This document shows positions 26,171 through 36,317 of a DNA stretch of 58,974 bases, in pieces. The number at the start of each line of letters is the position of its first letter. Positions within the stretch are counted from its first letter, which is position 1. The stretch is from the IMG/VR virus record IMGVR_UViG_3300045996_002045, positions 1 through 58,974 of that record, one strand, 5' to 3'. This DNA is from a virus (Duplodnaviria; Caudoviricetes). The position numbers and the translations under genes are program-made. The notes beneath the pieces were generated by a model. That model searched no databases. It was not told the origin of the DNA and saw nothing but the letters and a program-made list of their open reading frames with translations.

Positions 26171-26285
26171 CGTCTCGAGCGGCCCGGGCCGGCTACCGGC
26201 TCGGTCTGGCCATCGGGTGGACATGGCGGCGTGTCGCACCGAAGAGTTGGGCACAATGTGCCCGCCGGTGGGGTACTGAGCGGCG

Positions 26286-26456
26286 ATGAACGCGCAGAAG
26301 GTGCTCACATACGCCGCCGTGGTGCCCCTGTACGGGATGCAGGCCGCAGGATGGGTGCTCATCGCGGGCGCGGCGGTGGTGGCCAACCTGGTCAGCACCC
26401 GCGCCGTGGAGGTGCCGAGTGCTCTTCCGAAGGATCGAGAGCGCGTCGTGGCCTGA
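26286..26456 (+). CDS. Small membrane protein
   Basis: Open 56-codon frame with a hydrophobic core. Confidence 0.4.
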   Translation: MNAQKVLTYAAVVPLYGMQAAGWVLIAGAAVVANLVSTRAVEVPSALPKDRERVVA

Positions 26457-26537
26457 TGTGGTCATCAGCGCAGTAGCAACTGGCGTCCTGGGGGGATCAG
26501 TGGCGTACGTGATCAGGCAAGCGTGGGGGTGGCTGTC

Positions 26538-26882
26538 GTGACCTACCGTCGCTGGCAGCGCGCCCACGACAAGGAAGAGCTGCCGATCGGGCCGCTGGAG
26601 ACCGCGGTGCGCGCGGAGCTCGAGGCGCTCGGCTGGACGCCGCTGACGCCCCCGGGGCCGCTGCGGACGGCCGCCGAACGGGCCTGCGCGCTCGCCGAGA
26701 CCATGGACACCACGCAGAACGCCGCTTACCTGCCGCCGCTGGACCGCCAGCTGTCGGTGGCGATGACCGATGCGCGCGCCGCGACCGAGGAGAACGCGCT
26801 CGAGGAGGACCGGGAAGAGGAGATCAGCGACTTCGAGGCCGAGCGGGCGCGTCGCCGGCCGCCGCCGAGGGCTGTGCCGTGA
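26538..26882 (+). CDS. Terminase small subunit (probable)
   Basis: Position; GPLETAVRAEL...ALAETMD...RQL...ISDFEAERARR pattern. Confidence 0.7.
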   Translation: MTYRRWQRAHDKEELPIGPLETAVRAELEALGWTPLTPPGPLRTAAERACALAETMDTTQNAAYLPPLDRQLSVAMTDARAATEENALEEDREEEISDFEAERARRRPPPRAVP

Positions 26883-27067
26883 GCTTCCGCTTCCGCGCGC
26901 GCCCCCGGGTGGGTCCGGTGGCGGTGAACATCACCGAGCGGGGCCCGCGGTCGCTGTCGGTGCGCCTGGGCCCGCTGACGTGGAATCCGACGCGCCGGAC
27001 GGTGACGACGAACCTCCCCGGGGGGCTCTACCACACGTTCCGGTACGGCAAGAGGGCTGCGAAGTGA
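26879..27067 (+). CDS. DUF4236-like small basic protein
   Basis: MSFRFR...GPVAVNIT..G..SLSV..G...TTNLPGGLY. Confidence 0.65.
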   Translation: MSFRFRARPRVGPVAVNITERGPRSLSVRLGPLTWNPTRRTVTTNLPGGLYHTFRYGKRAAK

Positions 27068-27158
27068 CCGCCGAGCGCGTGCGGTGCCCGCTGAACCTCT
27101 ACCTCTGCGGCGTGCCGTGCGGGTGTGAGGGTCGGAACCCGTCGCATCGGCGGCCGAG

Positions 27159-28853
27159 GTGACCGCGATGACCGCCCCCGAGCCGATCCTGGGCGCCGAA
27201 GAGCCGCGCCTGCGGGTGCTGCCGCCGAACGAGGCGCGATGCGTCCGCTGCGGCACGTCGACGGTGCGGAAGGACCGGTGCGCGGGGCATGCGGCCGTGG
27301 CGTTTTTCCGGAAGATGACCGGCCGGACGGTGATGACGTGGCAGGAGAACGCCGTCGTCGACGCGATGGGCGAGCGCTACGTCGAGGACCCCTACGACAC
27401 GGTGCACGGCGGCCGCTGGAAGTGGGCGGCGGCCAACGTGGGCCTGATCGTGGCCCGGCAGAACGGTAAGGGCGACGTCCTCCTCATCATCGAGCTGTAC
27501 CACCTGTACGTGCTGAAGGCGCGGCGCATCTTCCACACCGCGCAGCTGCAGCGGACGTCGACGGACGCTTTCAAGCGAATGGCGGACGTGATCAAGGCGT
27601 CTCCCAAGCTGCTGGCGCAGGTGAATGGCGGGGAACGGGGCATTCGGTCGGGTAAGGGTGACGAGCGGGTCGTGCTGAAGGACGGCCGGGAGATCCTGTT
27701 CTTCACCCGGTCGGACAACGCCGGCCGTGGGTTGTTCGGCGACTTGCTGATTTGCGACGAGGCCTACGACCTCACCGATGCCGAGCTGGCCGCGCTGCGC
27801 CCGATGATTAAGACGTCCCCGTCGCCGCAGGTGCTATTCGTGTCGACGCCGGTGGACGGCGACAGCATGCCGAACGGTATCGAGCTGGCGAGCATGCGGA
27901 AGAAAGCGCTCGCCGGCGGGGACCGCATGTGCTGGCTGGAGTGGAGCGTTCCGGAGCGGGAGACGGACCCGGAGACGGGCCGCTTCGTGAACAAGGTCGA
28001 CGAGCGGCTGGACGATCCGTTCATGTGGGCGCTGGCGAATCCGTCGCTGGGCCGCCGTATCGCCGACGGCCGGGTGCTGCTGGAGCTGGAGACCATCGGC
28101 GACGACCGCAACGGCATGGGCGTCCGGAAGTTCATGGTCGAGGATCTCTGCGCGCCCGACTTCTGGCCCGATCCGGACCTGGACGAGGCCGAGGACATCC
28201 CGTTCGACCCGGAGGACTTCCACGCGGCCGCCACCGGTGAGGTGCAGCCGCTGAGCAACCCCGTGGTGCTGGGCATCCACCGCATGCCGGGCAGCGTGCG
28301 CACGTCGCTGGTGGCCGCCGGCTGGCATGAGGATGGCACCTGGGGGTCGTCGACGGTCTACCACCAGGAGGGCGTCGAGTGGGTGATCCCGCGGCTGCTG
28401 AAGATCACCGAGCTGTTCAAGCCGGCGGTGCTGGTCATCGACTCCGGCGGCCCGGCCGGCGCGCTGGTGCCCAAGCTGCAGGCGGCAGGGCTCGACCCGA
28501 TCCTCACCGGGCCCGCGGAGATGGGGCAGGCGTGCCAGGCGATCGTCGACGACTTCGGCGCCGGGAAGTACGTCCCCACCGGCGTCGATGAGCCGCTGAA
28601 CCGCGCGATCGAGGTCGCCCGGTGGCGGTTCATCGGCAAATCGAAGAGCACGCGGGGATTCACCACGGAGGGCAGCGGGGACATCAGCCCGCTGGTCGGT
28701 GCCGCATTGGCAGGCCTGGGGCTGAACCTGCACGTCGCGTTCGGGAAGCACCGCCCGGGGGGCGCGTTGACCCCGACGGCGGTGCCCTCAGCGCCCGGTG
28801 GGGCAGACTGGTCATCCGGTAGCGCTGGCGCGCTGTCCGGCGTCGGATTCTAG
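27159..28853 (+). CDS. terL: Terminase large subunit
   Basis: VARQNGKG Walker A, HTAQ, GRG..GDLLICDEA, WALANPSLG, DISPLVGA. Confidence 0.95.
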   Translation: MTAMTAPEPILGAEEPRLRVLPPNEARCVRCGTSTVRKDRCAGHAAVAFFRKMTGRTVMTWQENAVVDAMGERYVEDPYDTVHGGRWKWAAANVGLIVARQNGKGDVLLIIELYHLYVLKARRIFHTAQLQRTSTDAFKRMADVIKASPKLLAQVNGGERGIRSGKGDERVVLKDGREILFFTRSDNAGRGLFGDLLICDEAYDLTDAELAALRPMIKTSPSPQVLFVSTPVDGDSMPNGIELASMRKKALAGGDRMCWLEWSVPERETDPETGRFVNKVDERLDDPFMWALANPSLGRRIADGRVLLELETIGDDRNGMGVRKFMVEDLCAPDFWPDPDLDEAEDIPFDPEDFHAAATGEVQPLSNPVVLGIHRMPGSVRTSLVAAGWHEDGTWGSSTVYHQEGVEWVIPRLLKITELFKPAVLVIDSGGPAGALVPKLQAAGLDPILTGPAEMGQACQAIVDDFGAGKYVPTGVDEPLNRAIEVARWRFIGKSKSTRGFTTEGSGDISPLVGAALAGLGLNLHVAFGKHRPGGALTPTAVPSAPGGADWSSGSAGALSGVGF

Positions 28854-28865
28854 GGAGAAGCGTGC

Positions 28866-30224
28866 ATGTCTGAGCCCACCCGGCTGCGCGTCGCGCGTCG
28901 TCCCCGAGCCGTCGAGGTCGGCCACGGCCAGCCATCGCAGTGGTGGGCCATGTGGGGCGACGAGGAGACCCCGGAGCTGCAGTGGCCGGCGTCGAACGTC
29001 GTCTACGACCGCATGCAGCGCCAGGACCCGCAGGTGCTGTCCGCGCTGGCCGCGGTGCAGCTGCCGGTGCAGCAGGCGACGTGGCGCCTGGACCCCGCCG
29101 ACGCCTCCGACGAGGTCGTCACCTTCGTCGCGGAGAACCTGGGGCTGCCGATCAAGGGCAAGAGCGAGGCCCCGCCGCGCGCCACCCGGGAGCGGGACCG
29201 CTTCAGCTGGACGCAGCACGTCGAATGGGCGCTCGAGTGCACCGTGTTCGGGCACATGTTCTTCGAGCAGGTCTACCGCTTCGACTCGGCGACGGGGAAG
29301 TTCCACCTGCGGAAGCTGGCGCCGCGCTGGCCGAAGACGATTCAGGAGATCAAGACGGCCCGCGACGGTGGTCTCGAGGCGATCGTGCAGCGCCCGTGGA
29401 TCGCGCCGGGCGTCGTGTCGACGTCGGATAAGGAACCGATCACGATCCCCGTCGAGTCGCTGGTGGCCTACGTCTACAAGCGCCGCGGCACGTGGCTCGG
29501 CCAGTCGCTGCTCCGCTCGGCCTACAAGCATTGGCTGCTGAAGGACCGGTCCCTGCGGCGCTGGGACGAGCGGGACGAGCGCAACAGCATGGGCGTGCCG
29601 CACTACACCGCGGGCGAGGAGGAGGACACCCTCGACCACGGCCACGCGCTGGCGCAGCAGTACCGCGCCGGGACCGCGGCCGGCGGTGCCGGCCCGTTCG
29701 GCTCCCGCATGGAACTGCTCGGCGTGCAGGGCATGCTGCCGGACATCGAAGCGGCGGCCCGCTACCACGACGAGGCGATCACCAAGAGCGTCCTGGCGCA
29801 CTTCCTGAACCTCGGCCAGCAGACCGGCACCGGCAGCTACGCGCTGGGCGCCAGCTTCATCGACTTCTTCATCATGAGCCTGCAGAGCCTCGCGCAGCTC
29901 ATCGCGGACACCGCCACGCAGCACGTCGTCGAAGACCTGGTCGACGTCAACTTCGGCGAGGATGAGCCGGCGCCGGTGATCACGTTCGACCCGATCGGGC
30001 AGAACGCCGGGGCCGTGGTGCAGGCGCTGCAGATGCTCATCACCTCGGGCGCGATCTTCCCCGACCCCGCGCTGGACGCCTTCGTGCGCCAGCTCGTCGG
30101 GCTGCCGCCCAAGGCGCCGCTGCCGAACGCGACCACGCCGGCCGGTGCCGCCGGCCCGCCGGTCCCGGAGCGCCCCGCCACCGGCCCGGAGGCCGACAAC
30201 GCGGCACCGGCTACCGACGAGTAA
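28866..30224 (+). CDS. Portal protein (DUF935 / Mu gp29-like)
   Basis: Follows TerL; PELQWP..VYDRM...GQSLLRSAYKHWLLKD...GSYALG. Confidence 0.9.
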   Translation: MSEPTRLRVARRPRAVEVGHGQPSQWWAMWGDEETPELQWPASNVVYDRMQRQDPQVLSALAAVQLPVQQATWRLDPADASDEVVTFVAENLGLPIKGKSEAPPRATRERDRFSWTQHVEWALECTVFGHMFFEQVYRFDSATGKFHLRKLAPRWPKTIQEIKTARDGGLEAIVQRPWIAPGVVSTSDKEPITIPVESLVAYVYKRRGTWLGQSLLRSAYKHWLLKDRSLRRWDERDERNSMGVPHYTAGEEEDTLDHGHALAQQYRAGTAAGGAGPFGSRMELLGVQGMLPDIEAAARYHDEAITKSVLAHFLNLGQQTGTGSYALGASFIDFFIMSLQSLAQLIADTATQHVVEDLVDVNFGEDEPAPVITFDPIGQNAGAVVQALQMLITSGAIFPDPALDAFVRQLVGLPPKAPLPNATTPAGAAGPPVPERPATGPEADNAAPATDE

Positions 30225-30412
30225 TGGACCTGCTCGGCCTCATCCTCGTCGTCGGCGCGGTGCTGGTGCTGCTACTGCTCGGCATGCTGGTGCTCGAGTC
30301 GGCGGTCAAGCTCCACCTCGCGTGGCGGTTCCGGAAGGTCGTCGAGAACGCCTGCCAGTACCCGGACTGCCTGCAGCTGAGGTGTCACGACGACCGCGAG
30401 AACGGCGGGTGA
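30224..30412 (+). CDS. Small membrane protein
   Basis: TAATG coupling; N-terminal TM helix. Confidence 0.5.
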   Translation: MDLLGLILVVGAVLVLLLLGMLVLESAVKLHLAWRFRKVVENACQYPDCLQLRCHDDRENGG

Positions 30413-30481
30413 CTTCTCTCTCCGCGCCATTGACCCCGTCGCCCGGGGGTTGTGCGCTACTGGGCGCTAACGTGTGCACCC

Positions 30482-31675
30482 ATGGGTGATCAGCGCCGGT
30501 GGTATGCCATGGCCAAGGCCGAGGCGAGCGACGCGGCGGTGATCCGCATCTTCGGCGACATTGGCGATTCGTGGTGGGGCGACTCGGTGTCCGCCGCCCA
30601 GTTCGCTGAGGATCTCGACGAGATCGGCAAGGTCGCGCAGCTCGAGGTGCGCCTCAACTCCCCCGGCGGGGACATGTTCGACGGCGTCGCGATCTACAAC
30701 ACGCTGCGGAACCACCCCGCGAAGGTCACTGCCTACGTCGACGGGCTGGCCGCCTCCGCCGCGTCCGTCATCGCGATGGGCGCCGACGAGCTCGTCATGG
30801 GCACCGGCACGCAGCTGATGATCCACGACGCCTGGGCACTGTCGGTCGGGAACGCCGACGACATGCGCGCGCAGGCCGCGGTCATGGACCAGCTGTCCGA
30901 TTCGATGGCGGACATCTATGCCGACCGGGCCGGCGGCACCGCCGCCGACTGGCGCAAGGCGATGCGCGACGAAGCCTGGTATGGCGCCGATGAGGCCGTC
31001 GAGGCTGGCCTGGCCGACCGGATCGTGAAGCGCGAGAAGGACACCGAGGACGTCGAAGTGGCCGCCGCGGTGCGCTCGTCGAAGTTCGCCGCGAAGGTGT
31101 TCCGCTACCAGGGCCGGGCGCACGCACCGGCACCACAGACCCCCGCCCGTCCGGGTGGGTCCACGAACAAGGGAGGTGCCGTGGCTCACGAGTTCACGGA
31201 CGAGGAGTTCACCGCCCTGCGCGAGAAGCTCGGACTGGGCGAGGACGCCGCTGCTGGCGACCTGCTGGACGCCCTGGACGAGCTCGCGACGCAGGCACCC
31301 GCCACCGAGAAGGAAGCCGAGCCGGTCGCGGCGAAGCTCCCCGCCGGTGTCGTCGCCATCGAAGAGGGCGTGCTCGCCGACCTTCGTCGGGACGCCGCCG
31401 CCGGTGCCGCCGCGCGCGCCGAGCAGGTCAAGGCCCGCCGGGTCGGCCTGGTCGAGGCCGCCACGATCGCCGGCAAGATCCGCGCCGCGGACCGCGACCG
31501 GTGGCTGAAGAACCTCGAGCTCGACCCCGAGGGGTACGAGGAGATCTTGGCCAAGCTCGAGCCGGGCCTGGCGGTCAACACCTCGGAGCGTGGCTACGAC
31601 TCCGGGGAGACCGACACCCCTGACGACGTCCAGGCCGTCGTCGACTCGCCGCTCTACAAGGGATGGACTGTCTGA
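30482..31675 (+). CDS. ClpP-type head maturation protease fused to a scaffolding domain
   Basis: NSPGGDMFDG, DGLAASAASVIAM, MIHDAW, EAWYGADEAVEAGLAD; helical acidic C-terminal half. Confidence 0.9.
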   Translation: MGDQRRWYAMAKAEASDAAVIRIFGDIGDSWWGDSVSAAQFAEDLDEIGKVAQLEVRLNSPGGDMFDGVAIYNTLRNHPAKVTAYVDGLAASAASVIAMGADELVMGTGTQLMIHDAWALSVGNADDMRAQAAVMDQLSDSMADIYADRAGGTAADWRKAMRDEAWYGADEAVEAGLADRIVKREKDTEDVEVAAAVRSSKFAAKVFRYQGRAHAPAPQTPARPGGSTNKGGAVAHEFTDEEFTALREKLGLGEDAAAGDLLDALDELATQAPATEKEAEPVAAKLPAGVVAIEEGVLADLRRDAAAGAAARAEQVKARRVGLVEAATIAGKIRAADRDRWLKNLELDPEGYEEILAKLEPGLAVNTSERGYDSGETDTPDDVQAVVDSPLYKGWTV

Positions 31676-32142
31676 TGCCCGCGATCCCCGTCGTTACTCA
31701 GCAGGCGCAGCGGACGTACGTCCCCGCCCTCGGTCAGATCATCACCGGTGGGCAGGTCGTCGAGGCCGTTACCGACTCGACCCGCGGCGGCCGCATCCGG
31801 CCGGCCGGCGCCGGCTCCGCCAAGTGGCTGGGCGTCGCGATCACCGACGCGCACTCCCCGGAAGACGTGAACACCGCGCTCGGCACCGCCGGCACCGTCG
31901 GCGGCCGCCCGCTGGTCAACTTCGCGCCGTTCCCGGTGAACGTCGCCGTCGTGTCCAGCGGCTCCGAGGTGCCCGTGGTGTACGCCGCCGCGGCCAACTT
32001 CGGTGACGCGCTCCAGTGCGCCGCGAACGGCCAGGTGACGCCGGTGACGGTGGCCACCGCCGACCCGCGCACGATCGTCGGCAAGTGCACCGCTCCCAAC
32101 GGGGTGGGCATCGGCGCCGTCGGCCTCATGCGGATCGCCTGA
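31675..32142 (+). CDS. Capsid decoration/cement protein
   Basis: Between scaffold and MCP; LGVAITDA...VPV...ITVGK pattern. Confidence 0.7.
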   Translation: MPAIPVVTQQAQRTYVPALGQIITGGQVVEAVTDSTRGGRIRPAGAGSAKWLGVAITDAHSPEDVNTALGTAGTVGGRPLVNFAPFPVNVAVVSSGSEVPVVYAAAANFGDALQCAANGQVTPVTVATADPRTIVGKCTAPNGVGIGAVGLMRIA

Positions 32143-32179
32143 CGGCCCCGACCACCACGACTGAGAGAGCGAGCACAGC

Positions 32180-33124
32180 ATGGCTACCGTGACCACGGTC
32201 GGGAGCGTCTCGGACGGCTCCCGCACCACCGTCGCCGACCTCGTCGGCAACCCGCTGATGATCCCCGCGCGGATCATTGAGCTGCTCAACAACGCCTTCC
32301 TGACCGACGTCGTCTTCCGCAACGCGGGCGGCAACAGCAACGGGCTGGTGGGGTTCGAGGAGAACACGCCGCTGTTCCTCGCCGGTGACGTCGAGGACGT
32401 CGCCGAGTACGGCGAGATCCCGATCGCCGTCGGACAGCGCGGCATCGCCCGCGTCGCGGTCGGCGTGAAGCGTGGCCTGGGCGTCCGGGTGTCGCGCGAG
32501 ATGCGCGACGAGAACCAGGTCGACAAGGTCAACCTGCAGATCCGCCAGCTGACCAACACCATGATCCGCTCGGAAGAGCGGGTGCTGCGTGCGCTGCTGC
32601 TGGCCTCCTCGTCGATCCCGAGCATCGCCGCGACCGCGGCGTGGACGGGTGCCACGAGCAAGGTGCGCCGGGACATCTCGGCCGCGCAGGAGAAGGTGGC
32701 CACCGCGAAGCCGGCGGCGGAGGTGTCGACTGAGGAGTACCTCGGCTTCGACGCTGACACCATCATCCTGCCGGGCAGCATCCGCGCGGTGCTGCAGGAC
32801 AACGAGGAGTTCCTCAAGGTCTACAACACCACGGCCGAGGGTGAGGCGCTCGCGTTCCGCGGCACCATGCCCGGCCAGGTGCTCGGCCTCAACCCGCTGC
32901 TGACGCGGTTCTGGCCGAACGACCGGGCGCTGGTCCTCCAGCGCGGGACCGTCGGCTTCCGCTCCGACACCCGTCCGCTGGAGGCCACTGGCCTCTACCC
33001 GGAGGGCAACGGCCCCAACGGCGGCCCGACCGAGTCGTGGCGGACCGACACCACCCGCAAGCGCGTCCTGGGCGTCGACCAGCCCCTGGCCGCCTGCTGG
33101 ATCACCGGCATCCAGGCCGCCTGA
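32180..33124 (+). CDS. Major capsid protein
   Basis: Position and size; VAEYGEIP, KRGLG.RVSREM, DQPLAACWITGI. Confidence 0.85.
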   Translation: MATVTTVGSVSDGSRTTVADLVGNPLMIPARIIELLNNAFLTDVVFRNAGGNSNGLVGFEENTPLFLAGDVEDVAEYGEIPIAVGQRGIARVAVGVKRGLGVRVSREMRDENQVDKVNLQIRQLTNTMIRSEERVLRALLLASSSIPSIAATAAWTGATSKVRRDISAAQEKVATAKPAAEVSTEEYLGFDADTIILPGSIRAVLQDNEEFLKVYNTTAEGEALAFRGTMPGQVLGLNPLLTRFWPNDRALVLQRGTVGFRSDTRPLEATGLYPEGNGPNGGPTESWRTDTTRKRVLGVDQPLAACWITGIQAA

Positions 33125-33138
33125 GAGGACTGACAGAC

Positions 33139-33678
33139 ATGCCCGACGTCAACGAGATCAAGGCCGGCGAGTACGAACTTCTCGCCGACCAGTGGGACGA
33201 GACGACCAGCAAGCCCGGCGAGCCGTACACCTTCGTGCGGCACTACAAGGGCGAGACGGTCACGCTGACCGAAGAGGACGCGCGGCGCCTGCTGCCCGTC
33301 GGCGCGGTCGGCGAGCCCGGTGCCCGCGAGAAGCTGCAGCTGGAGCTGGCCAAGGCGCAGTACCTGGCTGCGCTGGCCGCGGTGCCGGACGCTCTTCGGT
33401 CGCAGATCACCGAGGAGCAGGCGCTCGAGGCCTTCAACCGCGAGACCCCCGTCGAGGAGCTCACGGTGCACACCGCACCCGGCTTCCCGAACGAGGGCCC
33501 GCGGCCGCGCGTCGCTGAGGCGACCGTCGGCGAGGGCACCGGCGGGCCGGAGACCGAGGAGGCGTCGGAGGCTTCCACGCCGGCCGAGGTCGCTGAGGAG
33601 GCCGAGGCGAGCACCAGCACGGTGTCGTCCGCGAAGCGCACCGGTCGCACCGGCCGCGGCGCCGACGACAGCGTCTGA
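33139..33678 (+). CDS. Virion-associated hypothetical protein
   Basis: GAGAGGA RBS; follows MCP. Confidence 0.65.
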   Translation: MPDVNEIKAGEYELLADQWDETTSKPGEPYTFVRHYKGETVTLTEEDARRLLPVGAVGEPGAREKLQLELAKAQYLAALAAVPDALRSQITEEQALEAFNRETPVEELTVHTAPGFPNEGPRPRVAEATVGEGTGGPETEEASEASTPAEVAEEAEASTSTVSSAKRTGRTGRGADDSV

Positions 33679-33698
33679 CCGAGAGAGGAGGGCGTGAG

Positions 33699-34115
33699 AT
33701 GGCTGCGAATCTGACGAGGAAGGACGCTCGCGCCCTCCTCCCTCAGCACGACCTGCCCGACGAGCAGGTGGACATCGTCATCGACATGGTTCGGGCGTGG
33801 CTGCTCGACGCCACGGGCCTGGACGCGCTGCCGGAGCCGCTCGACGACTTCCTGTGGGCGTCGGCGGTGGAGCTGGCCGCGCTGCTCGCGGACAACCCCA
33901 CGTCGCTGATGAGCCGGCAGGCGGGCCCCACGGGCACCATGTGGTCGCAGCGCAACCAGCGCGAGTCGGTGCTCAACCGCGTCCGCGCGCGGTACCGCGC
34001 CAAGCGCATGGCGCCGCGCGGCTCGTACCCGGCGCCGTCCAGCTGGCCGCAGCCGGCCGAGCCGCTCATCAAGAGCGTCGACAGCGGCTCCGTGTGGCTG
34101 GTGCCGGGCCCGTGA
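33699..34115 (+). CDS. Head-to-tail adaptor (probable)
   Basis: Synteny; NPTS...GP...PRGSYP motif. Confidence 0.65.
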   Translation: MAANLTRKDARALLPQHDLPDEQVDIVIDMVRAWLLDATGLDALPEPLDDFLWASAVELAALLADNPTSLMSRQAGPTGTMWSQRNQRESVLNRVRARYRAKRMAPRGSYPAPSSWPQPAEPLIKSVDSGSVWLVPGP

Positions 34116-34459
34116 AGCTCGGCGATCACACGGTCGTGCTCGAGAAGAGCATCGACAACTGGGAGCAGGCCGACGAGTACGGCAACCCGGCCAAGGGGAA
34201 GGTGTACCGCGAGTTGCGGTGGTGCTCGTTCACCCCGACCCGCTCGAGTGAGGACCAGTCGCGCACGTCGCCGTCGATCTCCGGCGCGACGCTGATCGCC
34301 ACCCGGCTCAGCGCGCACGACGTGGAGACCGCCGACGCGATCTTGTCCAACTGGACGAAGAACCCCGACGGCACGTACACCGGCCGCCGGTGGGGCGTCA
34401 TCGGCGAGGTCGGCGAGTGGGACACCGCCATCGAAGTGCAGCTGCGGAGGCTGACCTGA
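34112..34459 (+). CDS. Head-to-tail stopper (probable)
   Basis: DEYGN...W.VIGEVGEW...VQLRRLT. Confidence 0.7.
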   Translation: MKLGDHTVVLEKSIDNWEQADEYGNPAKGKVYRELRWCSFTPTRSSEDQSRTSPSISGATLIATRLSAHDVETADAILSNWTKNPDGTYTGRRWGVIGEVGEWDTAIEVQLRRLT

Positions 34460-34767
34460 TGGCCGCGATCAAGGAACTGGTCGTCTCACAGATCGACTCC
34501 CGGTACGGCGGCAACGGTGGCCTCATCCGCGCCGTCATGCAGTCCCGGCAGGTGCGCGCGAAGCTGGCCGAGGTCGCCGACCGCAAGGCGGCCACCGCGC
34601 GGCGCATCGCCGCCGTCGAGGCGCCCGACGTGGTGATCGGCCGCTACGACGGCACCCGGCCGCGGGGCCGCTCGTACGCGCGGATCACCGCGCCCGCCGA
34701 CTACGAGCACGGGACGGCGAACATCGCCCGGCGGCGGATCCTCGGCCGGGCGGTGAGTGCCCGATGA
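34459..34767 (+). CDS. Neck / tail completion protein (HK97 gp10-like)
   Basis: EHGT...RRILGRA C-terminus. Confidence 0.65.
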   Translation: MAAIKELVVSQIDSRYGGNGGLIRAVMQSRQVRAKLAEVADRKAATARRIAAVEAPDVVIGRYDGTRPRGRSYARITAPADYEHGTANIARRRILGRAVSAR

Positions 34768-35177
34768 CCGTCCTGCCCTTCGTTGACGTGGAGCGGCTCG
34801 TCGCGCGGCACATGAACGGCGGCAACGGCCAGCCCCGCGCGCTGCCGCCGGCGTACCGCGCGGTCACCGACCTGCCCGACCCGCTGGAGCCCCGGCTGCC
34901 GCTGGTGCGCCTGATCGCCGGGACGTCCACCCGCGACGACCAGGTCACCGCGTACCCGCGGATCGACGTCCACAACTTCGCGGCCACCCGCGAAGCGATG
35001 TGGGCCCTCACCGCGGCGTCGCACGCCGCGATGGGCACCCTCACGCAGGTGGACGGACAAGACGTGGATCAGGTGGTCACGATTCAGTGGCCGTACTTCC
35101 TGGCCTGGTCCCCGACGGTCCCTCGGTCCGTCGCCTCGTACGAAATACAGCTCCGCCCGCGCCGCGCGGTCGGCTGA
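34764..35177 (+). CDS. Tail terminator protein
   Basis: PFVDVE...TDLP...PRIDVHNFAATR; precedes the major tail gene. Confidence 0.7.
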   Translation: MTVLPFVDVERLVARHMNGGNGQPRALPPAYRAVTDLPDPLEPRLPLVRLIAGTSTRDDQVTAYPRIDVHNFAATREAMWALTAASHAAMGTLTQVDGQDVDQVVTIQWPYFLAWSPTVPRSVASYEIQLRPRRAVG

Positions 35178-35194
35178 CCCGAGAGGAACACAGC

Positions 35195-35872
35195 ATGCCC
35201 GACGTGACCGGGACCTTCACCGACCTGAAGGGGCACGATGACAGCCTCATCAGGAAGATGCTCGAGCTCGCCATCTTCGTGGCGCCGTGGCCGGCGGCTC
35301 CGGCTCTGACGACGGTGACGAACGCCGCTGGCACGCAGCTGACCATCCCCGACTCGTACAAGAGCCTGGGCATGATCGGCAAGGATGACGGCGCCAGCTG
35401 GACCCCCTCGATCGACATCAGCGAGGTCGGCGCCTACGGCTACGGCACCGCGGTCCGCCGCGACGCGACCAGCCGCACGCTGGACCTGGCCTTCACCATG
35501 CTGGAGGCCAAGCGCGCCGTCTGGGAGCTCTACTACGGCATCGACCTGACCAGCGCCGTCGTGCCCGCGGCGAAGAACGAGCTGTTCTTCGACCAGCCGG
35601 CCGCGCCGGGCACCACGTATGTGCGCCTGCTCGCCGTCGGTAAGGACGGCCAAGGGTCGAACACGATCTACCACGCGGAGTACCTGCCGAAGGCGATCCT
35701 CACCGACGCTGAGGCCATCGCCTGGTCCGACGGCGACCCGATCCGCTACGGCGTGACGCTGTCCGCCGACGTGGACACCACCTACGGCACGTCGCAGCGG
35801 TCCTTCTGGGGCGGTCCCGGCTTCACGACCTCCCTGATCACCCGCATGGGCCTGACCAAGGCCTCGAGCTGA
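35195..35872 (+). CDS. Major tail tube protein
   Basis: LIRK...YKSLG...G...VRRD...FTMLE...YGVT...FWGGPG. Confidence 0.85.
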   Translation: MPDVTGTFTDLKGHDDSLIRKMLELAIFVAPWPAAPALTTVTNAAGTQLTIPDSYKSLGMIGKDDGASWTPSIDISEVGAYGYGTAVRRDATSRTLDLAFTMLEAKRAVWELYYGIDLTSAVVPAAKNELFFDQPAAPGTTYVRLLAVGKDGQGSNTIYHAEYLPKAILTDAEAIAWSDGDPIRYGVTLSADVDTTYGTSQRSFWGGPGFTTSLITRMGLTKASS

Positions 35873-35887
35873 GAGAGGACTGACGAC

Positions 35888-36097
35888 ATGGCACGCAGGG
35901 ACAGCGGGGGCGACCCCACGGTGATCTATTACGCGCCGGACGGCAGCGAGTATCCCGTCAACGGCGACACGCTGACCGAGGTCGAGAAGACCAACCTCCG
36001 GTCGCAGGGCTACTCCACGGAGAAGCCGAAGGACCCCCAGCCGGTCGCCCCGCCGCCGGCACCTCCGGGCCCGCTGTCGGGTGCAACGTCGGAGTGA
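35888..36097 (+). CDS. Small tail-associated protein
   Basis: GAGAGGA RBS; APDG.EY...E.TNLRSQGY. Confidence 0.6.
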   Translation: MARRDSGGDPTVIYYAPDGSEYPVNGDTLTEVEKTNLRSQGYSTEKPKDPQPVAPPPAPPGPLSGATSE

Positions 36098-36200
36098 TGG
36101 GGTAGGAATGCACTAGTCCCCGCTTCGGGGTGGGGAAGCGCAGAGTCTCACGACTCGGGTGATGGGCTGGCAGGCCCCATCGCGCACGTCTGCCCCCGCA

Positions 36201-36243
36201 CAGCAGCCCCCCGGTCTCATCCCCCGAGACCGGGGGGCTGTTG
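36201..36243 (+). terminator. Long hairpin upstream of an inserted gene
   Basis: CAGCAGCCCCCCGGTCTC...GAGACCGGGGGGCTGTTG. Confidence 0.65.
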
Positions 36244-36269
36244 CGTGCGCTAGTACCTGGTGCTACCTT
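36241..36269 (+). promoter_or_regulatory. Promoter TTGCGT-17-TACCTT containing a GTGCGCTA half-site
   Basis: Same geometry as the other palindrome promoters. Confidence 0.5.
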
Positions 36270-36317
36270 CAGGACACCCGAGCAGCACAGAACACACCCC
36301 GAACGAAGGATCACACC

